The notes beneath the pieces were generated by a model. That model did no database searches, was not told the origin of the DNA, and saw only the letters and a list, made by a program, of their open reading frames with translations. The position numbers and the translations under genes are program-made. Below are positions 49,153 to 57,847 of a DNA stretch of 64,000 nucleotides, in pieces (within the stretch, counting starts at the first letter, position 1; each line of letters begins with the position of its first letter). Source of the stretch: an uncultured Gammaproteobacteria bacterium (GTDB lineage Bacteria; Pseudomonadota; Gammaproteobacteria; JASBUN01); NCBI GenBank assembly GCA_963849825.1, contig CAWKIK010000002.1, positions 19,416-83,415 of the forward strand, written 5' to 3'.

Positions 49153-50099
49153 TCCATCCCCCAAATCAGATCGCCGGCGCAAGTGAGATCGTAACCGCCC
49201 AGCTGCTGCGCCAGTGCATCCGTCTCCGGCGCGCGTAACGCGGCGAGCAAGCTCTGAAACAGCGTGCGGAAATAAACCCCGCGACCCAGCGCGAGATCGA
49301 AAGCCTCCCAACCGATCGGCAAGAAACTCAGGCCGAATTCCGCAGCGCTAGCCCGCACACCGGCAGCGATGTCGGCGCTGCCCATGACGATCTGCGCTGC
49401 GGCTTCGCGTTCGGAGAGCGCATCGACGGTGCGGCGCAGACGCTCTTCCGGATGACCGTGCTCCGCCAAAAGTTCCTGCAGAAAGCGACGGGTCCCGGCA
49501 CCGTTCTGGCGCATCGCCCAGCGCAGGTCGGCTTGTAACAACGCGTTGGCGTCATCGTGTTTTGCCATGATTTCGGGTCGCACCATCAAACCCTGTTCGC
49601 GGCGAAACGCGCGCACCAGAATCCAGTCCTTGTGCGGCGCGTGCTGTTGCAGCAGCGCCGGATGCCGGATCCGGCTCTCGTTCTCGGGTCCCCAGTGAAT
49701 GCAACCCACGTCGGCGCGCAGTGCCGCCAGCAAACTCAGACCGAGGCGGGTGCCTGTCGGCGTATAGCTGAGCATTGCGCGCGGACCCACCGATTGCGCC
49801 AACCGCATCACCAGATGGGAGAGCAGCGGGTCGTCACTGCCGGCGATCAAGAGGCGGTCGGCGAGCAGTCCTCCGTGGCTGGATTCCAGCAGCCAACGAT
49901 CTATCAGATCCCGGGGAAAAACCCATTTGCCGGTGATCTTGGTGGCCGGGATACGTTCTTCTCGGACCAGGGCGTAGACTTTCTTCTCGTTGATATGCAG
50001 GTATTCGGCGACTTGTTTGACGCTCATGAAGCGCGGCGGGAAGGCGGCCGCCGCATTGGCCTTTTCATTCGATTCGTCCGGAAGCGCCGCGCTGTTCAT
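49149..50099 (-). CDS. transcriptional regulator: excisionase/MerR-type HTH fused to periplasmic-binding-protein-like (oxyanion-binding-like) domain
   Basis: MSVKQVAEYLHINEKKVYALVREERIPATKITGKWVF HTH. A ~230-aa C-terminal PBP-like domain. 4-nt overlap with fdhD. Confidence 0.65.
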   Translation of the reverse strand: MNSAALPDESNEKANAAAAFPPRFMSVKQVAEYLHINEKKVYALVREERIPATKITGKWVFPRDLIDRWLLESSHGGLLADRLLIAGSDDPLLSHLVMRLAQSVGPRAMLSYTPTGTRLGLSLLAALRADVGCIHWGPENESRIRHPALLQQHAPHKDWILVRAFRREQGLMVRPEIMAKHDDANALLQADLRWAMRQNGAGTRRFLQELLAEHGHPEERLRRTVDALSEREAAAQIVMGSADIAAGVRASAAEFGLSFLPIGWEAFDLALGRGVYFRTLFQSLLAALRAPETDALAQQLGGYDLTCAGDLIWGMD

Positions 50100-50965
50100 G
50101 CCGACTTTGCGTTGGCCGACGCTGGTCGCACCGGGGGCTTGGCATCGAGCGTAACGTTGTCGGCGCCGTTGTAGATCAGGAAATGTCGACCTTTGGCCCG
50201 CGCGATCATGGTCATGGAAAGTTCACGGGCCAGATCCAAGCCCATGTGCGTGATACCGGAGCGCGACAACAGTACGGGTATACCCATGTGGGCGGTCTTC
50301 ATGACGATTTCCGACGTCAGGCGACCGGTGGTATAGAACAGGCAGTCGCCGCCGTCGATGCCGTCGAGCCACATCATGCCGGAGATGGCATCGGCTGCGT
50401 TGTGCCTTCCCACGTCTTCTATGAACATCAGGATCTCGGTGCCGCGGCACAACGCGCACCCATGCACGGCGCCGGCCTGGCGGTAGATTTCGTTATAGTC
50501 GGTGATGGCATGGAGCAGTTCGTACAGCGTCGACTGGCGCAGCTGCACCGGCGGAAACCGCGCATCGTACAATTTGTCCAGAGTGCAACTGAACACCGTA
50601 CCTTGACCGCAACCGGTGGTAACCGTGCGCTTGGCGAGCTTGTTCTCCCAATCCTCGATGCCGTGACCGCTGCGGGTGCTAACGTTGACTTGGTCGCGAT
50701 CCCAATCCACTTCCACCGCACGAATGCTGCGCAAGTCTTCGAACAATCGCTGATTGCGCAAATAACCCAAGGTCAGCGCTTCAGGATGGGTGCCGAGGGT
50801 CATTAATGTGACCACTTCGCGGCCGTCCACTTTGATGGTGAGCGGAAATTCGCCGGCAACCTGTCCCGCTCGCACCTCACCGTATTCATCGACCGCCTCG
50901 ACCGGGTGCGTCGGCGCCAGCCCCGCGTTGGTCATCTCCGGACGATATTGTGTCACCGCGCTCAT
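50096..50965 (-). CDS. fdhD: formate dehydrogenase accessory sulfurtransferase FdhD
   Basis: TTGCGQG and DVGRHNAAD conserved FdhD motifs. Confidence 0.88.
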   Translation of the reverse strand: MSAVTQYRPEMTNAGLAPTHPVEAVDEYGEVRAGQVAGEFPLTIKVDGREVVTLMTLGTHPEALTLGYLRNQRLFEDLRSIRAVEVDWDRDQVNVSTRSGHGIEDWENKLAKRTVTTGCGQGTVFSCTLDKLYDARFPPVQLRQSTLYELLHAITDYNEIYRQAGAVHGCALCRGTEILMFIEDVGRHNAADAISGMMWLDGIDGGDCLFYTTGRLTSEIVMKTAHMGIPVLLSRSGITHMGLDLARELSMTMIARAKGRHFLIYNGADNVTLDAKPPVRPASANAKSA

Positions 50966-50971
50966 GGCCGT

Positions 50972-51985
50972 TCAGCCTCCAGTGACGTTCATGTGTCGCA
51001 GGATCACCGGCTGCCCCTGGAGCGAGAAGTCGTGGCCCTTGGGTTTGATGGCCATGGATTCGGCGATGGCCTGTTTGAGTGCGACCCGGTCGCCGGGATT
51101 GGCGCGGATGACTTGCTTCAGGTCCACGGAATGTTCTTGGCCGAGGCACAACAACAACCGTCCTTCGGTAGTCAGGCGCACGCGGTTGCAGCTGTCGCAG
51201 AAGTTGTGGCTGTGTGGTGAGATGAAACCCACCCGGGTGCCGCCATCATTCAGGCGGTAGTAGCGGGAAGGACCGCCGGTAGACTCGGTGGTGGGCGTCA
51301 GTTCGAACTCTTGGCGCAGGTCGCGCAGAATTTCATCGCTGGAATAGTACGCTTCCGCCCGGTCATGGTCGCCGATTTCGCCGAGGGGCATTTCCTCGAT
51401 GAAGCTGATGTCGATACCGCGCTGTTGGGCGAAACGCACCAGATCTGTCACTTCGTCGTGGTTGCGATGTTTGAGGATGACGCTGTTGAGTTTGATGCGT
51501 TCGAATCCTTGTTCAAGGGCTGCGTCGATGCCCGCCAGCACCGGCGCCAACTCGCCGGTGCGGGTAATCTGATGAAAGCGCTCCGCCTGCAAACTGTCGA
51601 GACTGATGTTGATCCGTGTTACCCCCGCCGTGCGCAGCGCGGGCGCATGCTTCGGGAGCAGGGCGCCATTGGTTGTCAGCGTCAGGTCCGTCAGACCGTC
51701 GAGGGCGCCGAGCTGTTCGAACAGCCACACCACATTGCTGCGCACCAGCGGTTCACCGCCGGTGATACGGATTTTGCGCACGCCGAGTTCGGTGAACGCG
51801 CGCCCGATGTCCGCCATTTCCTCGAGGGTCAAGATGCGGTTGCGCGGCAGGAATTCCATCTCCTCGCTCATGCAGTACACGCAGCGGAAGTTGCAGCGAT
51901 CGGTCACTGAAATGCGCAGATAGCTCACGCGACGGCCGAAACGATCGACCAGAGTGTCGGGTAGCACGGTTTCAGCGGCGGTCAT
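50972..51985 (-). CDS. moaA: GTP 3',8-cyclase (molybdenum cofactor biosynthesis protein A)
   Basis: LRISVTDRCNFRCVYCM radical-SAM CxxxCxxC motif, plus C-terminal Cys cluster FCDSCNRVRLT. Confidence 0.93.
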   Translation of the reverse strand: MTAAETVLPDTLVDRFGRRVSYLRISVTDRCNFRCVYCMSEEMEFLPRNRILTLEEMADIGRAFTELGVRKIRITGGEPLVRSNVVWLFEQLGALDGLTDLTLTTNGALLPKHAPALRTAGVTRINISLDSLQAERFHQITRTGELAPVLAGIDAALEQGFERIKLNSVILKHRNHDEVTDLVRFAQQRGIDISFIEEMPLGEIGDHDRAEAYYSSDEILRDLRQEFELTPTTESTGGPSRYYRLNDGGTRVGFISPHSHNFCDSCNRVRLTTEGRLLLCLGQEHSVDLKQVIRANPGDRVALKQAIAESMAIKPKGHDFSLQGQPVILRHMNVTGG

Positions 51986-52147
51986 GTCGACTCCTTGCGG
52001 TCCGGAGAACGGACCTCGATAACGCGGCGCGCGTTGTGTATTGCCGGATGGCTTGCCGTTTTTCCATAGCCTGATGATAAGACTAGTATTCGATTGCCGA
52101 ATTCGTAATGGGCCGAGCGCGGGTGGTCGTCTACCGTACCGGCGCGC

Positions 52148-52669
52148 TCACCGCTCGGTCAGCCGCGGCATCAGTTCCACGAGATTGCAGGGCCGCGTCC
52201 GATAGTCCAGTTGATGTTGAATCAACTTGTCCCAGGCGGTGCGGCAGGCGCCGGAAGAGCCGGGCAGGCAGAAAACGTACGTACCGTTCGCCACCCCGGC
52301 CACAGCTCGGGACTGAATGGTCGAAGTTTTGATCTCTTCATAGGATAACATGCGAAACATTTCGCCGAAGCCGTCGATGCGCTTGTCCAGCAATACTTGC
52401 ACCGCTTCCGGTGTGCCATCGCGCCCCGTGACACCCGTGCCGCCGGTACTGATGACCACCTGCACTTCGGGGTCGGCGATCCAGCGCGAAACCTCTGCTC
52501 TGATGCGGTAGATGTCATCCGTCACGATGCGTTTTTCGACCAGCGTGTGGCCCACGCCCTGCAGGCGTTCCGCCAGGGCGTGTCCGGACTTGTCGGTGCG
52601 CTCGTCGCGGCTGTCGGACACGGTCAAAACCGCGATATTCAAAGGGATGAAAGCGCGTTCGTTCGACAT
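52148..52669 (-). CDS. moaB: molybdenum cofactor biosynthesis protein B (MoaB/MogA family)
   Basis: LTVSDSR...GGTG MogA/MoaB fold motifs. Start at MSNERAF, the internal ATG of the tool ORF. Confidence 0.85.
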   Translation of the reverse strand: MSNERAFIPLNIAVLTVSDSRDERTDKSGHALAERLQGVGHTLVEKRIVTDDIYRIRAEVSRWIADPEVQVVISTGGTGVTGRDGTPEAVQVLLDKRIDGFGEMFRMLSYEEIKTSTIQSRAVAGVANGTYVFCLPGSSGACRTAWDKLIQHQLDYRTRPCNLVELMPRLTER

Positions 52670-52694
52670 TACGCTGCTCCGGGCGGCATGGTGT

Positions 52695-53966
52695 TCACAC
52701 CAGCCCCTCAAAAGGTTGTACCAACACCCGATCGCCGGGCAGAACCGTGCCGCTTTCGTGGGGCAGGACCACGAAACAGTTCGCCTTGCTCATGGAACTG
52801 AGGATGCCCGAGCCCTGGCGGCCGGTACTACGCACCTGAAGTCGGCCATCGGCGCCGGGTTCCAGTACGCCGCGCAAAAGCTCCGTGCGTCCGGCTTTTT
52901 TGCGCAGGCGCTCGCTGCAGGTCACTTCGAAGCACGGCGGCAGCCCTTCGCCCTGACCGCCGGCCAGCCGGTGTAACGCCGGTTGGACGAACTGATAGAA
53001 CGTCACCATGACGGCCACTGGATTTCCAGGCAGGCCGAAAAACAGCGCATCGCCCAAATGCCCGAACGCGAACGGCCGCCCCGGTTTCATGGCGATCTTC
53101 CAGAAATCCACTGCGCCCAGTTCGCCGAGTACCTGCTTTACGTAATCGGCATCGCCCACGGACACGCCGCCCGTGGTGATCACAGCATCGGCATCCGCCG
53201 CGGCTCGTGCTAGGGCAGCCCGCAAGGCGTCGGGATGATCGGCGACGACACCGAGATCCAGGGCGTCGATGCCTTGGCGGTTGAGCATCGCGTGCAAGGT
53301 GTAGCGGTTGCTGTCATAGATCTCGCCTTCGCCAAGGGGTTCCCCGACTTGGCGTAATTCATCGCCGGTGGAAAAGAACGCCACCCGCGGCCGCCGACGC
53401 ACGGAGATTTCCGCGTGCCCCAGAGACGCCAACAGTCCCAGTTCCGCGGGCGTGAGTCTCGTGCCCGCCGCCAGCGCGACCTGTCCCCGCGCCAGGTCTT
53501 CGCCCGCCAGGCGCACGTTCTCGCCGAGACGGTGGCCGGGACCGATGCGTACCGTATCGCCGCTGCGTTCCACGTGTTCCTGCATTACCACGGTGTCTGT
53601 TCCCCGCGGTAACGCCGCTCCGGTCATGATGTGCACGCACGCGCCGCGGGCGACTTCGCCGGTGTATGGGTGTCCAGCCAGCACTCGGCCGCGCACCGGA
53701 AAAGGCGCCGGGTGATCGTCGGGGAGGTCGGCGCCGGCGAGCGCGTAGCCGTCAACCGCCGAGTTGGTGCTCGTCGGCACATCGAGATTGGAACGAACGT
53801 CCTGCGCCAGGACGCCGCCGAGGCAGCTGCGCAGTGGCCGCCGAAGGATTCCGGGCACGGGTTCGATTGCGTGAAGGATCCGCTCGCGGGCGATCGTCAA
53901 CGGCAGCATCTCCGGTTCACGATCCTGTTCACAATTGGGCGCTTTGATGATCGGGTCTCGATTCAT
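52695..53966 (-). CDS. moeA: molybdopterin molybdotransferase MoeA
   Basis: 423 aa with the MoeA domain organisation and GGVSVGDADY (GGVS(M/V)G) motif. Overlaps moaB and mobA. Confidence 0.9.
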   Translation of the reverse strand: MNRDPIIKAPNCEQDREPEMLPLTIARERILHAIEPVPGILRRPLRSCLGGVLAQDVRSNLDVPTSTNSAVDGYALAGADLPDDHPAPFPVRGRVLAGHPYTGEVARGACVHIMTGAALPRGTDTVVMQEHVERSGDTVRIGPGHRLGENVRLAGEDLARGQVALAAGTRLTPAELGLLASLGHAEISVRRRPRVAFFSTGDELRQVGEPLGEGEIYDSNRYTLHAMLNRQGIDALDLGVVADHPDALRAALARAAADADAVITTGGVSVGDADYVKQVLGELGAVDFWKIAMKPGRPFAFGHLGDALFFGLPGNPVAVMVTFYQFVQPALHRLAGGQGEGLPPCFEVTCSERLRKKAGRTELLRGVLEPGADGRLQVRSTGRQGSGILSSMSKANCFVVLPHESGTVLPGDRVLVQPFEGLV

Positions 53967-54580
53967 GATGCGGATTCATGCCGAGGTTGTTGCAGCCGTG
54001 CAGCCAAGCGTTCGAGGTCCTCGGGCGTGTTGACATTGCGGAACGCGTCCTGCTGATCGGAGAAATCGGCGATAGCCGGGTGATGACGGCCATACCAACG
54101 GTCGATCTTCCGTTCGCCGTCCGCCAGTGCCTGCTCAAGGCTGGCGCGCAGGGCCGTGTCGATCAGTGCGAAAACCGGCTGCATCCGATCGCCGTCGTGA
54201 GCGACCGCGATCTGGGCGTCGGCGTCGCTCAATGCGCGGAACAGTCGCGCCGCCAGGTCGCCCGGCAGCAATGGGCTGTCGCAGGGCGCGGTTAGGATAT
54301 ACCGAGTGTGGGCGGCGCCCATGGCGCTGGCCATCCCTGCCAGCGGGCCGCTGAATTCGCCGTCGCGGTCGGGTACCACCGCAAAGCCGTACGCCTGATA
54401 ACGATCCAGGTTGCGGTTGGCGTTGATCAGCACGGCCTCGACTTGCCGGCGCAGCTGTTCGAGCACGTACTCTACCATCGGGCGGCCCGCCAATTCGATC
54501 AGCCCTTTGTCGCTGCCGCCCATGCGCCGAGCCTGCCCGCCTGCGAGTACGACGCCGGTAATATCTGCATGGGGATTCAA
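53963..54580 (-). CDS. mobA: molybdenum cofactor guanylyltransferase MobA
   Basis: ITGVVLAGGQARRMGGSDKGL N-terminal signature. No in-frame ATG is present; TTG 54580 has a GGAG RBS. Confidence 0.8.
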   Translation of the reverse strand: MNPHADITGVVLAGGQARRMGGSDKGLIELAGRPMVEYVLEQLRRQVEAVLINANRNLDRYQAYGFAVVPDRDGEFSGPLAGMASAMGAAHTRYILTAPCDSPLLPGDLAARLFRALSDADAQIAVAHDGDRMQPVFALIDTALRASLEQALADGERKIDRWYGRHHPAIADFSDQQDAFRNVNTPEDLERLAARLQQPRHESAS

Positions 54581-54989
54581 GGAATTATCTCCAGAAATGG
54601 GCTGCAAGAGCACAATGACCGCCGTCCATCGATGGCGCGCGGCCGGATGCCGGTCAAAATGTCGCAGCTAGCGAACCTGTGGTGCATGTTCTGGTCCAAT
54701 CATAACAATCAAAGCAAAACGGGTGCCACAAACGAGCGGAGGGTTATTTTCATCCTATGGAATCGGTAGTGCATTACAGCACCCTGGTTTTGCTTGACGG
54801 AATCTTGGCGTACGCTAGGGTCTATGGGGCGACCCCGGTAAATAGATCGTAAAGGCTGAACAGTTCGGTGAATCGTCCAAGTGCAAAATGGATCAAAATG
54901 ACCCAACCGAACTACGACCTGAGTCCATTTGACTTAGGGCATCCGAATCCAGTCGAGACAGCTCCGCGCTGATCCGAGGAGGGCAATGG

Positions 54990-56411
54990 ATGGGCATTGG
55001 CGCTTCCTGCGGTACCAGTGATCAATCGCGTCTCGCGAATTCCCCAACGACGCATGCCAGACACCCGGCAGCGGTCCTGATCGTCGATCAGGATCCGCTG
55101 GAACGCAAACATCTGCGGGAGGTGCTGGATCCGCAATGCGCCTTGGTCGAAGCCGCCGAAACGCTGCAGAAGGCGGAAGCACTCCGTGCACGCTGTCATT
55201 TCGATATTTATGTCATTGCCCTGAACGCGGTGGGAGCGCCGGCCCTGGACTGGCTGCGTTCCTTGCGCGAACAGGGGGTGCGGGCCGACGTCATCCTCAC
55301 GGCCGCTTATGCCGACCTCGATGGTGCAATTGCTGCGTTGCGGGCCGGGGCATCGGACTTATTGGTCAAACCCTACCGCGATGCGCAATTGTCGAGCGCA
55401 ATCCAGCGCTGCCTGCGACGGCGGCAGATGTTGCGCGAAAGTTTCCTGTTGCGCCGTCGGGAGACCGACCCCCCGCGGGTCCACGGTCTGATCGGTGACA
55501 GCCCACCGATGCGCGAGGTGTTGCGCTTGGTGGAACGTATTGCCCCGACCAGTTCTACGGTGTTGATTCAAGGTGAAACGGGCACAGGAAAGGAATTGAT
55601 TGCGCGCGCCATCCATCGGCGCAGCGGTCGCAAGGGGGAATTCATCGCCGTCAATTGCGGCTCCATCACCGCCGAATTGCTCGAGAGCGAATTGTTCGGC
55701 CATACGCGCGGAGCCTTCACCGGCGCCCATACGGCGCGTGAAGGTCTGTTCAGCTGCGCCAACGACGGCACCATTTTCCTCGACGAGATCGGTGAAATGC
55801 CATTGGGGATGCAGGCGAACCTGTTGCGCGTCCTGGAAGAGCGCTGCGTACGACCGGTCGGCGCCAATCGCGAGCAGCCCGTCAATTGCCGGGTGATCGC
55901 GGCAACCAATTTGAACCTGTCCGATCAGCTTTCCAAAGGCGCTTTTCGTGAGGACCTGTACTACCGTCTGAATGTACTGACAATCAACGTGCCGGCTTTG
56001 CGGGAGCGCATCGAGGATATTCCGGCGCTGGCCGAGCATTTCACGCATGCGTTGAGCGAAGATCTGGGCATGACGCCGTTGCTGTTCGATCATGGCGATT
56101 TTTCAGCTTTGCAACAGTATGCTTGGCCGGGCAATGTGCGTGAATTGCGTAATTGGATCGAGCGCGCCTTGTTGCTGGGGCACTTGCCAATGGATGATCT
56201 TCAGCCGGCGCGGATGGAGGCCGGGGCGAAGTCCGGAAGCGATCATTCCGGTGCCGCGTTTCCCAACGACTGGACGCTTTCCGAAGTGGAGAAGCATCAT
56301 ATGATGAGCGTGCTCGACAGCGTCGGCGGCAACAAATCGGAAGCGGCGCGGCGGCTGGGCGTGTCGCGCAAGACGCTGGAGCGTAAGTTCAACGCTTGGA
56401 ACCGTGAGTGA
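54990..56411 (+). CDS. sigma54-dependent Fis-family response regulator (NtrC family)
   Basis: N-terminal receiver domain. AAA+ sigma54-activator domain with Walker A GETGTGKE, the GAFTGA loop and GNVREL. C-terminal Fis-type HTH. GAGGAGGG RBS. Confidence 0.9.
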   Translation: MGIGASCGTSDQSRLANSPTTHARHPAAVLIVDQDPLERKHLREVLDPQCALVEAAETLQKAEALRARCHFDIYVIALNAVGAPALDWLRSLREQGVRADVILTAAYADLDGAIAALRAGASDLLVKPYRDAQLSSAIQRCLRRRQMLRESFLLRRRETDPPRVHGLIGDSPPMREVLRLVERIAPTSSTVLIQGETGTGKELIARAIHRRSGRKGEFIAVNCGSITAELLESELFGHTRGAFTGAHTAREGLFSCANDGTIFLDEIGEMPLGMQANLLRVLEERCVRPVGANREQPVNCRVIAATNLNLSDQLSKGAFREDLYYRLNVLTINVPALRERIEDIPALAEHFTHALSEDLGMTPLLFDHGDFSALQQYAWPGNVRELRNWIERALLLGHLPMDDLQPARMEAGAKSGSDHSGAAFPNDWTLSEVEKHHMMSVLDSVGGNKSEAARRLGVSRKTLERKFNAWNRE

Positions 56412-56421
56412 GGAGGCGACC

Positions 56422-56628
56422 GTGGACGAGGACGTATTGAACCAACAATTGCGGAAGTTCTTGAAAAAGGTCGGAGTCACATCCCAGCGGGAAATCGAAC
56501 AAGCAGTGCGCGAAGCCCACGATGCCGGGCGGCTGGATTCCAGCAAACCGCTGCGCGCACAGATGCGCTTGGAGTTGCCGGAACTGGGCCTGGACCATGT
56601 GATCGAGGGCGAAATCGAACTCGAGTAG
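56422..56628 (+). CDS. DUF6494-like small protein
   Basis: VDEDVLNQQLRKFLKKVGVTSQREIEQAV...LELPELGLDHVIEGEIELE. GAGGAGG RBS 6 nt before GTG 56422; the tool ORF starts at an upstream GTG overlapping the regulator stop. Confidence 0.55.
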   Translation: MDEDVLNQQLRKFLKKVGVTSQREIEQAVREAHDAGRLDSSKPLRAQMRLELPELGLDHVIEGEIELE

Positions 56629-56728
56629 TCTGTGTGCCGCTGCGCCGTGGCGGGAAGGTGCGTCAAATTGTCCCAGCGCGGTGTGGCCCCTTATTCCATA
56701 ATTACAACAAAATCAACCGCATGATCGG

Positions 56729-56744
56729 TGGTACGAGTCTTGCT
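56729..56744 (+). promoter_or_regulatory. sigma54 (-24/-12) promoter of the formate dehydrogenase accessory operon
   Basis: TGGTAC-GAGTC-TTGCT matches TGGCAC-N5-TTGCW with exact GG-N10-GC spacing. Lies 35 bp upstream of the DUF3305 GTG start and directly downstream of the sigma54 activator gene. Confidence 0.65.
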
Positions 56745-56778
56745 CTTGGGGATGCGCATAGCATCCAGGAGCTACATT

Positions 56779-57291
56779 GTGAACGATAGCGAATTCCCGG
56801 TATCGGTCGTCATGGAACGCGAGCACATCGAGCACCGTAGTTGGCTGGTGCCGCGCTGGCGATTGGTGGGCGTGGTGGCCGGGCAGCACATTGCGGATCA
56901 AAACCCCGGCGCCACCGTCGTCCACGACGACCACGGCCGCGAACAACTACTGTGGACCGGATTCCGGATCCGGCTTTATCGCGACGGGGCCGAGAGCTAC
57001 TGGTACAACCTGGTCGGGCAGAAACCGTCGTTGTTTCTCATCTGTCGCCAAGACCCGGAGGGCGAACTGGAACCGTTCCTGGTGACCGCCAACCACGACG
57101 AGGCGGGCTCCCACATGGAGGCGGACGACCAAGTGTTCTCCGCGCCGATGCCGCCGGAAATCCGCGATTGGCTGGAGCGCTATGTGATGGACAACTACAG
57201 ACCGGCACCGCCGAAGAAGCGCCAACGCAAGAATTGGACGGAGGAGGCAAGTCGTGGGCAAGCGCCAGGACCCCAACGCACCCGCCACTGA
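56779..57291 (+). CDS. DUF3305 domain protein
   Basis: VNDSEFPVSVVMEREHIEHRSWLVPRWRLVGVV... AGGAG RBS 8 nt before GTG 56779 (alternative start at ATG 56812). The tool ORF start overlaps the promoter. Confidence 0.6.
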   Translation: MNDSEFPVSVVMEREHIEHRSWLVPRWRLVGVVAGQHIADQNPGATVVHDDHGREQLLWTGFRIRLYRDGAESYWYNLVGQKPSLFLICRQDPEGELEPFLVTANHDEAGSHMEADDQVFSAPMPPEIRDWLERYVMDNYRPAPPKKRQRKNWTEEASRGQAPGPQRTRH

Positions 57292-57814
57292 TACGGAGGA
57301 GGGTTTTCTGAACCGTTGGTACCGGCGCAAACGCGAAGCCGGCGCCGTCGGTGAAGCCGCTGACTCGCCGTTGCCGCAACCAGCCGCTGCGGCTTCGGAT
57401 CCGCCGACGCCGGAACCCGCAGCGTCGCTGACCGACGATGACCTGCCGCCCCTCGATACTTTGGGCGACGACAGCGATTACAGTGGCTTTTTATCGCCGC
57501 AGGTCAGCGAGAGCCTGCGCCGGAAAGCGCTGCGTCAACTGTTTGCGGGCAGCCAGTTCCATATCCGCGATGGCTTGGACGACTACGACGAAGATTACCG
57601 CAGCTTCGAACCTCTTGGAGGGCTCTTCACCGCCGACATGCGACACCGTATGGAGATGGAGGCCAAGCGGGTCGCCTTGAGTGAACCGGAGCAAGCCGAA
57701 GCTGAGGATCCAGCCGAAGACCATATGCAAACCGAGCGCAACGATACGACGGCCGAACCCGAGCCGGCAACGGTTGCGGATGCTGCTGACAAACGCGATC
57801 CGCACAGCGGTTGA
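57254..57814 (+). CDS. DUF3306 domain protein
   Basis: N-terminus GFLNRWYRRKRE, an acidic/Pro-rich linker and a conserved C-terminal block. GGAGGAGG RBS before GTG 57254. Confidence 0.6.
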   Translation: MGKRQDPNAPATDTEEGFLNRWYRRKREAGAVGEAADSPLPQPAAAASDPPTPEPAASLTDDDLPPLDTLGDDSDYSGFLSPQVSESLRRKALRQLFAGSQFHIRDGLDDYDEDYRSFEPLGGLFTADMRHRMEMEAKRVALSEPEQAEAEDPAEDHMQTERNDTTAEPEPATVADAADKRDPHSG

Positions 57815-57847
57815 CGACACGATCGCGCTGCGCTCGTGGGAGGACGC

